Below, one piece after another: positions 25,570 to 37,570 of a stretch of 64,000 nt of DNA (positions are counted from its first letter, which is position 1; every line of letters begins with the position of its first letter). The position numbers and the translations under genes were made by a program. The DNA comes from Scyliorhinus canicula. Its lineage: Eukaryota. Below the pieces are notes generated by a model. That model did no database searches and had not been told where the DNA came from. It saw only the letters and a list, made by a program, of their open reading frames with translations. The DNA lies in assembly GCF_902713615.1 (NCBI RefSeq), contig NC_052160.1:137496737-137560736 (forward strand), in the 5' to 3' direction.

Positions 25570-27240
25570 ACTGTTGCAGCGCAGAAGGAGGGGCATGTGG
25601 GCAATGATGTCTGCACCGGCTCATCAAACGAGTATAACAGCTTAGTGACATTCTTCGAGCTTTTCCCTGTACCTCTGACAGATTGTTTCTGTTTGAGAAA
25701 TCATCTGTTGCCCTCCTCAATAACTTGATTGAATCTGCCTCTACCACACTTCCAGGCAGAACCACCCACTGTGTGAAAAAGTCTTTTCTCGCATTGTTGC
25801 TCTGTTTACTTGCTATAAATATAGCAATCAATATGGTCGCCTTTCTTAATCCTAATTATGTGTATACTTTCAGAGTCGGCAGGTATCTCTCAACACCGCC
25901 ACAAGGTTCAAACCCGAATACTGATCAAAGAGCCAATACACCCGTTAGTTAGTTCAAAGTCAATACTATTTATTTACACACACAGTAAGATCTACTTATG
26001 CACAATAATACTACGAACTAAACAATCTCTAACGCTAACGCCTATACTTAACTTCGGGTGCCCACTCAGTCAGAGGAACAATGGCCGTTGTTCGGATCTG
26101 AGGCTGTTGGGTTCGAAGAGGTAACAGGAGAACAGCTAAGGTCATCCGTCTGGTAGCGAGCGCCGGCCTTGAACTTACTGCTTCTGGTGATGCTGGTGGA
26201 TGGGTCTCTCCGCTTAAGAGTCGAATAAAAGAGGGCGAATCTCTCGTGGGGGTTCCTTCTTATACTTGGAGGGGTTCACGCGCTTTCAGGTGGGCCTTAA
26301 ACTTGGTCCCAATTAATTGGACAGCTTCTCGATCACTTTTATCGATCTTGACCAATAAAGGGGCGGGTGCCCTGATGGCTGGGCGTGTCCTAGGTGGCCG
26401 TTGGCCTGGCTTTGTTTGTGTCTTTTGGTTGGGGTACTGGAACCGGGATGTCTGTGACAGTATCAGCTACCTGAGTGTTAGTCCTTCGTTCCTCGGAGAT
26501 GGGCCATCAATATGCTAATCGACCCAGAGTTTCAATTCCGTCTGGTGACTGCTTCCCAAATATACATTCAGGCTCTGTGCCTGCTTGTTATTTAGCATTG
26601 TCCACCTTTCCCTAGAGTCTCTGCGAGCGTCCATTTTGTGTTCTGAAATGGCCATCCCAGATGGCTGCAACATCACATTTGATTCTTTTGCAAAACACTT
26701 TAAATCTGTGCCCTCTCATTCTTGATCCTTCTCCCAGTGAGAACGGTGACTCCTTATCGACACTGTCATGTCCCCTTGTGATTTTGAACATCTCAATTAA
26801 ATCTCCTGTCAGGGGCTGCTTTAGCACACTGGGCTAAATCGCTGGCTTTTAAAACAGACCAAGGCAGGCCAGCAGCACGGGTTCAATTCCCGAACCAGCC
26901 TCCCCGAACAGGCGCCGGAATGTGGCGACTAGGGGCTTTTCACAGTAACTTCATTTGAAGCCTACTTGTGACAATAAGCGATTTTCATTCTTAGCCTCCT
27001 TCTCTCCAAGGAGAACAGTCCCAACCTCTCCAATCTATCCTCATAACTGAAGTTTCTCATCCCTGGAACCATTCTTGTAAACCTCTTCTGCGCTCTCTCC
27101 AATGTGTTCACATCCTTCCTATAGAGTGGCTCCCAGAACTGTACACTCCAGCTGAGATCTAACTAGTGTCTTGTATAAGTTCAATGTAACCTCCTTGTAC
27201 TCTATGCCCCTATTAATAGAACCCAGAATACAATATCCTT
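25570..27240 (-). mobile_element. CR1 3' fragment split by an LTR-like element and a SINE
   Basis: GDLIEMFKI..G.D.VD...RMRGHRFK on either side of 25795-26672. Confidence 0.7.
25795..26672 (-). mobile_element. LTR-like element (878 bp) inserted in a CR1 3' fragment
   Basis: TGTTGC...GCAACA termini; TATAAG and AATAAA on the minus strand. Confidence 0.75.
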
Positions 27241-28253
27241 TCCCTTTTCAGCAGCTACTTTTTAAGATCCTCCTCCTTCAGGCACCCTGCCCTGCTGACC
27301 ATACACTTCCATTGGACTGACCCACGCTTATGCTTCAGGTTGCAGAATGGTTGACCAGGGAACTGACCATTTTTACTGCCTGCCATCACAGGTGTTTGAA
27401 GAATTTACAGGCTGATAATCAATCTGTTTGGCCACATTCGGGACTTTGCTGTTGTAAAGGCACTTCCTGTTTTTTTTCCTGTTTATTCCCTGTCTATTGG
27501 CTTGGGGGATCAATTGGGAAGCAGAGTAGGTAATCACGCCAGAAAGTTGAGTGCTCGCTTTGATAGGAGACATGTCGAGGGCAAGGTGCCACCATGCTAG
27601 CTACTGTTCTGGTGTACAGTTATCCTTATTCATAAACTCTTTTGCGTTTCTAATAAAGTCTGTGAAAGTGGATCACTTACACCCCTTATGCCAAGTTATG
27701 CCCCCACCAACCCCCCTCAGGCCCCATATGCCTTCTATGCCAAGATCTGGCCTTCCACCAGCTCCTTATGCCTCATCATGCCCCCATGCCAAGCTCTGCC
27801 CTGAGGGTCAGAGGGGTTGGCTGCAGGGGCACAGCTTTGCAAGGGGGTAGCATCAGGGGCCATAGATGGAGGATGGAAGCGTGAGATGGCATTGATGGAG
27901 CATGGGGCAATGTTTGGTAAGGCGAGGAGGGTGTGGGGTGGGGGGGAGGGGGTACTGGAGTGCCTCTGTGATTTTCTTTCAATGGGACAAAGTCCCACGG
28001 TAGTAAAGTGGGCCTTTTGGACAGCCCGCCTCTGCACCCAAAGCCCCTGGGGCTGCCTCCAAACCTCTTTCTAGGTTGGCAAGCCTGAATCCAGCCCGTC
28101 GCAATGAAGATGCCACCTCGGCTGAAAATATCTCCAAAGGCAGGTAGGACGAGCAGGAATTTTCCCAACTCCCCATACTCACCCTGAGGATGAAAATCCA
28201 GGGCTTAATGTGTCCCTCAGAAGCATCATTGGAACGATCAAATTGGGAGACTC

Positions 28254-28806
28254 GGGCTGAATTCTCCGTTCTGGGGACTGAGCCCCCACACTGGCATGAA
28301 AACGGTGGCGTTTCACGGCGAACAAATCATTGTGAAACGGCCACCGATTCTCCGTTCCGGGGGGAGGGGGGGGTTTAGCGGCCGGGCAGCGTGCAGCACC
28401 CAGCTCCAGCTGCCAATACGCCCCGGAGAATTGCTGGGTCCGTGGTCGCGCATGAGCACGGCGGCAGCCTTCAGCGGTCGTGCTGTGCTTCATTGCGGAG
28501 GCCACTCGCGGACCCGGCCTGCAAAACAGTACCCCCCCTTCAGCCGGCTCGCACGCCCCGGACCGCCCCACCTCACCCCGAATATGTCCACCCCTGCCCG
28601 CGGATCAACCCTCCCCCGACTGTGCTGGCGGGAACTCGGCCAGTCGGGGGCGGATCATCGGGGGCGGGGCGGGCCTCAGAATGGCCCCTCTTTGGATGGG
28701 GTGGAGCATCGCAGAAGCGGTGCCGCCCCCGGTTCTGTCGGGAAGTTGGATTCCCTGGCGGGTCGCCGGACACAATTTCTGCATCGGGGACCGGAGAATC
28801 CAGCCC
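28254..28806. mobile_element. GC-rich Harbinger-type MITE 130 bp upstream of gene A IgV exon
   Basis: TIRs GGGCTGAATTCTCC / GGAGAATCCAGCCC. Confidence 0.75.
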
Positions 28807-28935
28807 TTGGTTTACAAGCCTCAATGCACATTTTTAAATTCTAAGTATTCAAAATGCACTCTATTCTATTAAACTGTTATATTGATTTATGTTTTACCAC
28901 ACTTAAACCACGCGTTATACTTTCACAATGAACAG

Positions 28936-29268
28936 TTGCCTGCGCCGCATCAAATGGACCGGACGTTGTAAATGGATCAGTGGGACAATCAGTCCATATC
29001 AAGTGTAAATATGACAAATATTACCGCAATTATCGAACGTACTGGTGCAAAGATGAGCCCCAGGAAAACTGCGCTATTGTAGTCCGAACCCACGGCCCTA
29101 GCAAGAGAGTTTCAGATGGCAGAACCACCATTGCAGCCAATGATGAAGCAGGAGAAATCACCGTCACAATGGAACACTTAACCAAGAACGACTCGGGTGT
29201 GTACGGGTGTGGAATTGAAAGATATTTGTGGGACCTGCTACTTCCTGTAGAACTTAAAATCAATGAAG
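28936..29268 (+). CDS. Gene A IgV exon (IKC...TYWCKDEPQENC...DSGVYGCG...ELKINE)
   Basis: AACAG|TT acceptor and AAG|GTAGGA donor identical in style to gene B; open frame; four Cys including C-x7-C; NGS and NDS sequons. Confidence 0.93.
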
Positions 29269-30490
29269 GTAGGATCTGAATGTTTATGCCACTTTGTGCA
29301 TTTTTGATCTGTGCAGCTTTATGTCACTTTTTGGTTATGTTTTGCAAAATTTCCAAAGCTTTTTTCCAATGGTAAGTTAGAATTCTAACCAGCTGAATAG
29401 TAAACAAAAACAAATTTAGCTGGATTTGACCGAGTGCCGCCAGTCACTACATCACTCACTAAAATGTCGGGGGGTGGGGGAGTCCACCCATCCAGCACAA
29501 GACAGCTGACTGGCCATTAATAGATTGAGGGATGACAACTCCATCCCTGAATTTCTCCCTCAGAGAGATGTTGGCCGCACGTACCTCAGGTCATGCAGGA
29601 GGAGGTTGGAACTGGTGAAAGTTTGGGGGGTCCTGCAGGCACCCGCAAGAGGAATGGGAGGGTGGGGGGGTGGTATCTGAGAGGCCATGGGAGGAAGAGA
29701 AACCTGTGGGGAGGGCGGGTCGAAAGACCTTGGGGCCGCTCTGATGAGGGACGTCCCTTGCTCACCTTGTCCATTCAGACAAACCCGCTGGCCACCCAGC
29801 CTCGATCTTTCCACTACCACTAGTTAAATTTCAATCACGTCAGGGTAAGATATTAAGTGCACATCAATTGCCTCAGTTGACCCACAAACATTGACACTAC
29901 CTTACCAATGGTAAAATTGCATTGGGGGCAGGGGCAGTGTTATAACATGCCTTTAATGGACAGCAGCATGACATCAATAGGAGGGAAGTGTGTCATAGAA
30001 TCTAGTCTTAGGCTTGAATTTTCCTGCCCCGTCACAGCAGATTCCATGGCAGTTATGGTGAGCCAGCCAAACGTTCACTGTCTTTTTGGGGGGGGGGGGG
30101 GGGGAATCCCAGAGAAAGGCCATAAAGTAGTTTCATTTTTGACTCTGAGCAGAACACAGAACAACTCTGATGTCGTCAAGCTTTCTGCCATTGTGTAAAT
30201 ATTCTCTTGTGCCTAGTCTCAATAAATTAACCCACAGTGTGTTTATACAATCCCTCATGAGCGATTGGTGCCTATATCATTATAACAACACAGTAGACAG
30301 GTAGGTGGCACACACTCCACCCATTGCAGCCCACCCCCACCTTCAGGTGTGCATTAAATTCAACCCAAATTGTATAATTTTAGCGCTTATTGTATCACAA
30401 ATTGTTAAGAAGTCTATGATGTTTTAATCAGATGTATAATGCAATTTGGCACCGTAATCTAATAACAATTAGTTATATAATTTTGAACAG

Positions 30491-30539
30491 GTCCCAAAGG
30501 ACCTCTTGCAATCGCCCCATCAGACGATGAAATCCGCAG
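30491..30539 (+). CDS. Gene A stalk exon (GPKGPLAIAPSDDEIRR)
   Basis: TTTTGAACAG| acceptor, CAG|GTAAGT donor; phase 1 to 2 as in gene B exon 3. Confidence 0.8.
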
Positions 30540-31265
30540 GTAAGTGTCATGCCTATTTAAAAGGGTCCATTCTGAATATTTGTTCCCACGCTGCACAATT
30601 GTGATCACACCAGAGAACGAACACTGAGGAGATTAATGAGGATATTGTCAGGCTGAAGAATATTCAGTCATGAGGAAGGATTGGGTAGGCTAGGGAGGCT
30701 CCCCTCGAAACAGAGATCTAATTGAGACAAATAAAATTATGAAGAACCCAGGCAGGGTGGGTGCACAACATCCTTTTCCCTTAGCAGAGAGGGCAATAAC
30801 TATGGGGCATAGATTTAAATTAATCGGCAGAATTTTAAAAGGGGAGTTGAGGAAGGGTTGTGAGGATTGAACTCACTGCCTGGTATGATGGTGGAGGCAG
30901 AAATTCTCATTACATTAAAAAACAATACTTGCATTTGCCCTAACTTACTGGGCGTACGACCAATAGCCGGACGGTGACATTAGGCTGAGAATGCTCATTT
31001 TGGGGAGCAGGGTATTCCGGCCCAGCCACTGAGATCATCCGGTCTCGCCGAAGGTCAATGAACTTGTGGCTGGGCCATGGAATCTCCTGCAGCAAGTCTC
31101 ACCATGATATGGCCAGAAAATCCCGGCCAAGGTAGCAGTTCTGTCCTGAAATGCTTAACTCAGTTGTTCATTCCACCACTGCTGTCTCGCCCGCTTCCTC
31201 AGTTTCTGTTTTTCCTTCTCACCTTTGCAAGCATTTTCATAGCAGAAGGAGGTTGTAAGAAGCTG

Positions 31266-31875
31266 GGGCTGGATTCTCCATTCGGAAGACTAAGTGTTGA
31301 CGTCAGCAGAGCATGTGTGAACTTTTATGACCGCAAAATTGGCGGGAAACCCTCACGGTACCGGTGAGGGATGAGCATCAGTGCCGAGTGGAACTCCCAA
31401 GGACTGTGGCGAAAATGGCTGGAGAATGGCCGGGTCCCTGGCCGCGCATTCGCACGGCTGCCGACCTGCACCGGTCACACTGTACAACATGGCGCCAGCC
31501 GAGCGCTAACCCAACCCATCAACTGCGACCGCACAGCCCACCCGCTGGCCACCCACCACCAGTCCCCCCAGCCCACGCAGAAACCCCTTGGCCAGCGGCA
31601 CAGATCCCGGCCGAGTGTGGCGGCGCTGGACACGGTCCGCAGCCGGCACGCGGGGTTCCCGCACGCTCCAGATCACATGTGGCCCGCGCCGTCGGGAACT
31701 CGGCCCATCGGGGGTGGGAGCAGGGCGGGTGGGCTGACCGGTGACGTTCTGATGATGTTGAAATGGCGCAGTGCGCGTCAGAATGGCGGACCGGCGTCAA
31801 ACCACACCTGCCCCGATTCTGCCGTCGGAATCCATTCTCCGCCCGATCGCTGATCACGATTTCGGCGCTGGGCTA
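31266..31875. mobile_element. GC-rich Harbinger-type MITE (right TIR lost)
   Basis: Starts GGGCTGGATTCTCC; similar internal blocks. Confidence 0.6.
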
Positions 31876-32195
31876 TGATGTTCTGCTGTCATAACATTAC
31901 CATATTTAATGAGGAAAGAAAACTGGACATTTGCCACCTCACCGCCCGAGGTTCAGGCTAGTGCTTGGATGTGACACAACTTCCAACTCAATACTTTCTA
32001 TGCGCTTAGGTATTGGATAGACTGTCACAGGTAAAATGTCTGCAGTTCAGCAATTTGCCAGATGCCCCAGGAGTACAGAAGCAGAAAGATTCACAATGTC
32101 CCACCGTAAGTGTAACCAGATAATTCATGCATCCAAGTCGAGTCACTGGATTCAAGAAATAATTTTGATGAAACCATTTTGTCTTCTCTACCTAG

Positions 32196-32272
32196 GCAGA
32201 AGAATTATCTGCGCTATTTTATCTGGAGCATTTTATGTTGGGCGTTTTAGCCAAACTAAAAATATAAAGATG
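32196..32272 (+). CDS. Gene A TM-position exon, reads QKNYLRYFIWSILCWAF* in phase 2
   Basis: CCTAG| acceptor and G|GTAAGT donor match the gene B TM exon; 24 nt shorter and stop-containing. Confidence 0.65.
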
Positions 32273-32567
32273 GTAAGTCGTTGATTTTAACCTGTGCATT
32301 TATGTGCAAAATATTTGGAAGAATTGTTTGTAATCTGCCCATTATACATACTTCAGACAGGATGACAGGATAAGAACAACATGGCCCAGGTTTTACAGCC
32401 TCTGTCACATGATAGGATATGATGGGATCTGTCAAAATAAGCGGCCATTTAAATGGGCTGCCACTTCTGTGGGGGGTAAAACTCAGGTAAAAACAGGTAA
32501 ACATCCATTCATTTTATCATAGATTGGGATCATTTTTATTTTTATTGACCAGTCAAGTAGCTTTCAG

Positions 32568-32917
32568 GGGCAGCACGGTAGCATAGTGGTTAGCACAATT
32601 GTTTCACAGCTCCTGGGTCCCAGGTTCGATTCCGGCTTGGGTCACTGTTTGTGCAGAGTCTGCACATCCTCCCCGTGTCTGCGTGGGTTACCTCCTGGTG
32701 CTCCGGTTTCCTCCCACAGTCCAAAGATGTGCAGGTTAGGTGGATTGGCCATGATAAATTGCCCTTAGTGTCCAAAATTGCCCTTAGTGTTGGGTGGGGT
32801 TACGGGGGTTATGGGGATAGGGTGGAGGTGTTGACCTTGGGTAGGGCGCTCTTTCCAAGAGCTGGTGCAGACTCAATGGGCTGAATGGCCTCCTTCTGCA
32901 CTGTAAATTCTATGATA
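32568..32917 (+). mobile_element. HE1-type V-SINE, full length
   Basis: Head, V-domain, CR1 tail; 3' part also at 19130-19350 and 20390-20582. Confidence 0.85.
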
Positions 32918-32931
32918 AAAATAGATACAGT

Positions 32932-33597
32932 CGTGGTGAAATGCCTATGGGCCATTTCATAGTTGGATGGTGTGCGACCTCCAACCAGAAGGTGGTGGTA
33001 CAGACACACCATGCGGTCTCTAGACCAAGGTTATAAGACCTGTGTGGTGAATATGATTCACACCGGATTATAATCTGTATATACATGTGCCTATATTGTA
33101 TGTGCAGTTGCACTACCTGACCACCAGGGGGAGTAGCTCTGGGAATGCTTGAGAATTGTACTGGGCTTCTCCCTTGGTTCCGCCCAGGACTCCTCTCCCT
33201 GGAGCTGCTGTATAAAGATCAGTGCCACATGGTCAGCCAGCCAGTTCACCGAATGTTCAATGGCTAACCAGCTGGCTCTGTTGTGAGTATATTAAAACCG
33301 CTATTCTAATCCTACAAGCACTTGTCCGTAGAATTGTTGGTTCCAACAACCTGTGACTCGGATATAAAGGAAGACACATCCGGCCATCTTCAGAAGAAGA
33401 TCGAGAGGATAATAAGACGTACATGTGCATGGTCAGTGCTAGGTGCAAGTTCCAGAGGAGTAGTTAGCAGACTCCATGATAACGTGCTCTGTATCAGATT
33501 GCTATCTTACCACACAAGACTCAATAAAGATCCTGGTTTGGACAATTCAAAGTGTTTGGTGAGTTCCTTCGTGAAGTACAAATGACCAAACACAACA
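32932..33597 (+). mobile_element. Solo LTR (outer), 5-bp TSD ACAGT, contains a nested LTR
   Basis: ACAGT at 32927-32931 and 33598-33602; GATATAAAGG and AATAAA at 33523. Confidence 0.8.
33043..33348 (+). mobile_element. Solo LTR (inner), 306 bp, 5-bp TSD ACCTG
   Basis: TGTGG...CAACA; ACCTG at 33038-33042 and 33349-33353. Confidence 0.85.
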
Positions 33598-34711
33598 ACA
33601 GTCAGCATTTATTTATTGAATTTTCCAAATATGCTGCACTTTATATTCAGAATATTAAGTGCATTGATATTTTACCAAAGTAGAATAATTACTACAAAAC
33701 ATACATTTAAAAAGAATTCTGACTTGAAGAAGAACCGAGTGGGTGTGCCAACAGACAGCTGGTTAAAAGGGTTAATTCTGACCATGTGTCGTGAAAATGA
33801 GGACAACCCCCAAATCTTCCTCTTTTAACTTTAACATGTTTTACTGTGTGTGGCACCACCCGCTGGAACAGTCGGCGGCAATTTTAATACCCAAAGGCCC
33901 CATTATCCGCTGCTTTAAATGGGGTTTCTGAATTTAACTGTGCGTGCGCACGTTGCCTGGGTTTTGCAAAAACATGCCAAGGAGACGGAGGCAAGAAGGC
34001 TGTGAGGTGGCTGAACAAGTGACAGGCGAGAAATCCTTTGAAAACTAAGATCTCACACCTGTTTCCTTGCCTAAGTGAAAGGCTTTGACAGGCCGACCGG
34101 CCCTGAGACTGTGCTCACACTGTGGCCAGTGGGCAGTGGGTGTGGTCCTGGGTCAGTCAGTGCTTCCCCCAGAGTGTGCGGCCTCCTCTGAGGAATCTTC
34201 ATCCTCTTCCTGCAGCACATCCCATGGGAGGCTCCAAGGTTGTCTGGGAGATGAAAGACATGGATTAGAGCTGCCAAATAGGGTGTTGAACCATCAATGT
34301 GTAAATCATATTTGAGTGGCTGCTGATATCAGGCCAATGGGGTGATTTTGTGCCCACACTCGCCGTCTGCGGGATCGGCGACACAGGCAGAAAATCCCAG
34401 GAGAATCGGGAAATGTGATTATCGCCGGACAGATCCGGTTTCCCGATTCGTGGCCACAAAGGCTGTGAACCTCGTTTTAATAGATTTAAATTAATTCAGA
34501 TATTCTTAACGGGTCCCCGCCACATGATCCTCCCTCACTGAACATTCATATCCCCCCTACAGTGAGATTCCTAACAGGTTTGGCCGGACATAAGGCAGTC
34601 AAAAGGTTCCTTCCGGGGTTATAGGGGTAATGTAAGCCCCTTGGGGGGGGGGGGGGGGGAGCGGCGTGGAGAGGGGGGGGGGGGGTGACATTCCTGGGCA
34701 GTGCCTTGGCA

Positions 34712-35046
34712 CTTCATAGAATCGGAGAATTTACAGTGCAGGAGAAGGCCATTCGGCCCATTGAGTTTGCACTGGCCCTTGGAAAAGGCACCCTATATAA
34801 GCCCATGCCTCCATCCTATCCCCGTAACCCAGTAACCCCACCTAACCTTTTGGACACTAAAAGGCAATTTAGTGTAGCTAATCCCCCTAACCTGCACATC
34901 TTTAGACAGTGCAAGGAAACCGGAGCACCCGAAGGAAACACATGCAGACACGGGGAGAACGTGCAGACTCCCCACAGACATTGACCCGAGGCCAGAATTG
35001 TACCCGGGACCTGGAGCTGTGAGGCAGCAGTGACACTATGCCACCC
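34712..35046 (-). mobile_element. HE1-type V-SINE
   Basis: Head, V-domain, tail. Confidence 0.8.
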
Positions 35047-36494
35047 CTTAGCGCAGGTTGGCACGGCCATATTTTGGACTGCCAAGTTGCCATTGCCAAG
35101 TTTCCACTGCCAAGTCAGCAAAGTGCCTGCAGTGCCGGCCTTAGTGGGAGTCCCATTGGAGGTGTTCATTGATGTGTGGTGTGGGGGGGAGAGCAAACAC
35201 TGGGGGTGGAGGGGGCAGAGGGCCAGCTTTACTCCACCCTGTTGGAGTGGGGGGTGCAATGCCAGCAATGAATGTTGGGCGGGTGAGGGGTTGCATTGCC
35301 AGTGAGGAATGGCGGGAATAGGGATCCCCGAAAGCTCCATAATGACATCTGCGAGTGTTTAAGCTGCAACGCTGATCAGGGTGCTGTTTGCAGATGCCGC
35401 TCCGACCTCTGTGAATAAAATGAAATTAAACTCGCTTATTGTCACAAGTAGGCGCCAAATGAAGTTTCTGTGAAAAGCCCCTAGTCGCCACATTCCGGCG
35501 TTCGGGGAGGCTGGTACGGGAATTGAACCCACGCTGCTGGCCTGCCTTGGCCTGCTTTAAAAGCCAGCTATGTAGCCCTGTGCTAAACCAGCCCCTGTGG
35601 AGCCGATTGCTAACTCTGTCAGGTCCCACCTCTACACCAAGCTTCTTCCCCCCCCCCCCCCCCCACCCCCTTCGGCAAGTAACAAAACCTCACTGGGGGT
35701 GGGCCCCTTGCACCCTAAAGCATCACCTCCAGGGAAGTCGCAGTGAGGATTAACTAACATTGCCTTGTAATGGGAGCCTATAGCTCCAGATTCTGACTCT
35801 GCCTCAGCTCCTGCACCATTCCTTCAAATCACAATCTCTCAGGGCCCTTCCATATAGTTGAGTTGAAATAGTCGGATTGAGGTCATCGTCAGGTCAGTCC
35901 GGAAGTCAGATGACAGTGTCATAGCTGTTTTGAGAATCTGCTGACAAAGAGGTTTCTGAAATTTGCTGACGCACAACAGAGTTCTCCCAGTACCAGCAGG
36001 TTAAAAAGTTAAAATCCAGTCCAATATCTCTGACAAAGTGCTCAGTCGTCTTACCTTAGAGTCAGATTTATGCATCAAAGCTGGAGGCTACTCAACCCAT
36101 AATCAACAATGTCTCCATATTGCTCTGTGACTGACAGCGACAGGCACTTAAAAGTAAGGTCCCCTGAAATCTCCCTAACAGTGCACATAACCCAGTTTCA
36201 GAAGACCAGTGCCTGCGTAGGATTGCTTAATATGATACTGAGAGAAGGAAGAAAAGGTTCTTATTGCCAGCATGTCAGTTTCCTTCTCAATAAGCACACA
36301 AAACAAAATAACTTCAATTTCCAATTTGTGTTACATTTAAAACTGATCCTTTCTTTGAACACGCGTACTTAGTTCAATATTTTCAGTTTTCCATTTAATT
36401 GACTGTGTTGTAACAAAAGCACAGATTTACTCTGAACTTAAAGGTTGCATATTGTGTTGTGATATTTGAAATATCGTTTGTTTTTCATTTCCAG

Positions 36495-36597
36495 GGTAAT
36501 AGGATCTGTAACTTTGCAGGACCAGCACCTTCAGAGCATTGGAGAATTTCAGTGAACCAAACAGCAAAACTATCGTCACCTTGCCCTTATTCACCAT
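36495..36597 (+). other. Possible terminal exon of gene A, interrupted by a MITE at 36598
   Basis: Strong acceptor TTTTTCATTTCCAG|. Phase 0 reads GNRICNFAGPAPSEHW...; phase 1 reads G*. Confidence 0.35.
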
Positions 36598-37154
36598 GGG
36601 CTGGATTCTCCGACCCCCCGCCGGGTCAGAGAATCGCCAGGAGCCGGCGTGAATTCCAACCCGCCGTCTCCCGAAGTCTCCGACACCAGAGATTCGGCGG
36701 GGGCGGGAATCGCGCTGCGCCTATCGGTGGCCCCCCCCCCCCCCCCCCCGGCGATTCTCCGGCCCGAAGTCCAGTCCGCTGCTGTAATGCCGGTCCCACC
36801 GGCGTGAATCAAAACACCTCCCTTACCGGCTGGACTGGAGGCGCGGGTGGGCTCTGGGGTCCTGGGGGGGGGGGGGGGGGGGCACGGGGCGATCTGGCCC
36901 CAGGGGGTGCCCCCACGGTGGCCTGGCCCGCCGGCCGTGGGCCTGTGCTGTGGGGGCACTCTTTTCCTTCCGCGTTGCATGCCAACCGGCGGGGCGCCAA
37001 CCACTCCGCCGCGGGCCTACCCCTCAAGGTTAGGGCTTGATCCTTAAAGGTGCGGAGAAATCCACACCTTTGGGGCGGCCCGACGCCGGAGTGGTTCACG
37101 CCACTCCATCCCACCGGGACCCCCCGCCCCGCTGGGTAGGGGAGAATCCAGCCC
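36598..37154. mobile_element. GC-rich Harbinger-type MITE, TSD CAT
   Basis: Perfect 14-bp TIRs GGGCTGGATTCTCC / GGAGAATCCAGCCC; near reverse-complement relative of the 22848 copy. Confidence 0.8.
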
Positions 37155-37227
37155 ATGTATGGTCTGGACTGACTGAGAAATGTAGTGAAATAGCACTGCT
37201 ATGTCCTTTCAAATTCATTCATTCTCT

Positions 37228-37570
37228 TTAGAATTTAGAACAGTACAGCACAGAACAGGCCCTTCGGCCCTCAATGTTGTGCCGAGCAATGATCACCCTA
37301 CTCAAACTCACATATCCACCATATACCCGTAACCCAACAACTCCCCCTTAACCTTACTTTTTAGGACACTACGGGCAATTTAGCATGGCCAATCCACCTA
37401 ACCCGCACATCTTTGGACTGTGGGAGGAAACCGGAGCACCCGGAGGAAACCCACGCACACACGGGGAGGACGTGCAGACTCCGCACAGTCAGTGACCCAG
37501 CCGGGAACCGAACCTGGGACCCTGGAGCTGTGAAGCATTGATGCTAACCACTATGCTACCGTGCTGCCCC
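37228..37570 (-). mobile_element. HE1-type V-SINE
   Basis: Head, V-domain, tail. Confidence 0.85.

Larger units (their letters stand above)
28936..32272 (+). pseudogene. Gene A: CD300/pIgR-family paralogue with truncated TM exon and no leader found (pseudogene or truncated/soluble form)
   Basis: IgV exon 28936-29268, stalk exon 30491-30539, TM-position exon 32196-32272 with in-frame TAG at 32248-32250. Splice contexts mirror gene B. Confidence 0.55.

Noticed and set aside
27588-27635. Perfect Kozak GCCACCATG with MLATVLVYSYPYS*
   Set aside because: Stops after 13 codons and has no suitable donor
28104-28143. 40-nt phase-1 ATG exon (MKMPPRLKISPKA) that would splice in frame to gene A IgV
   Set aside because: Not hydrophobic and lies within a repeat; only RNA data could rescue it
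34070-34290. Possible Harbinger transposase C-terminus (acidic EEDEDSSEE) on the minus strand
   Set aside because: Too degraded to support without alignment
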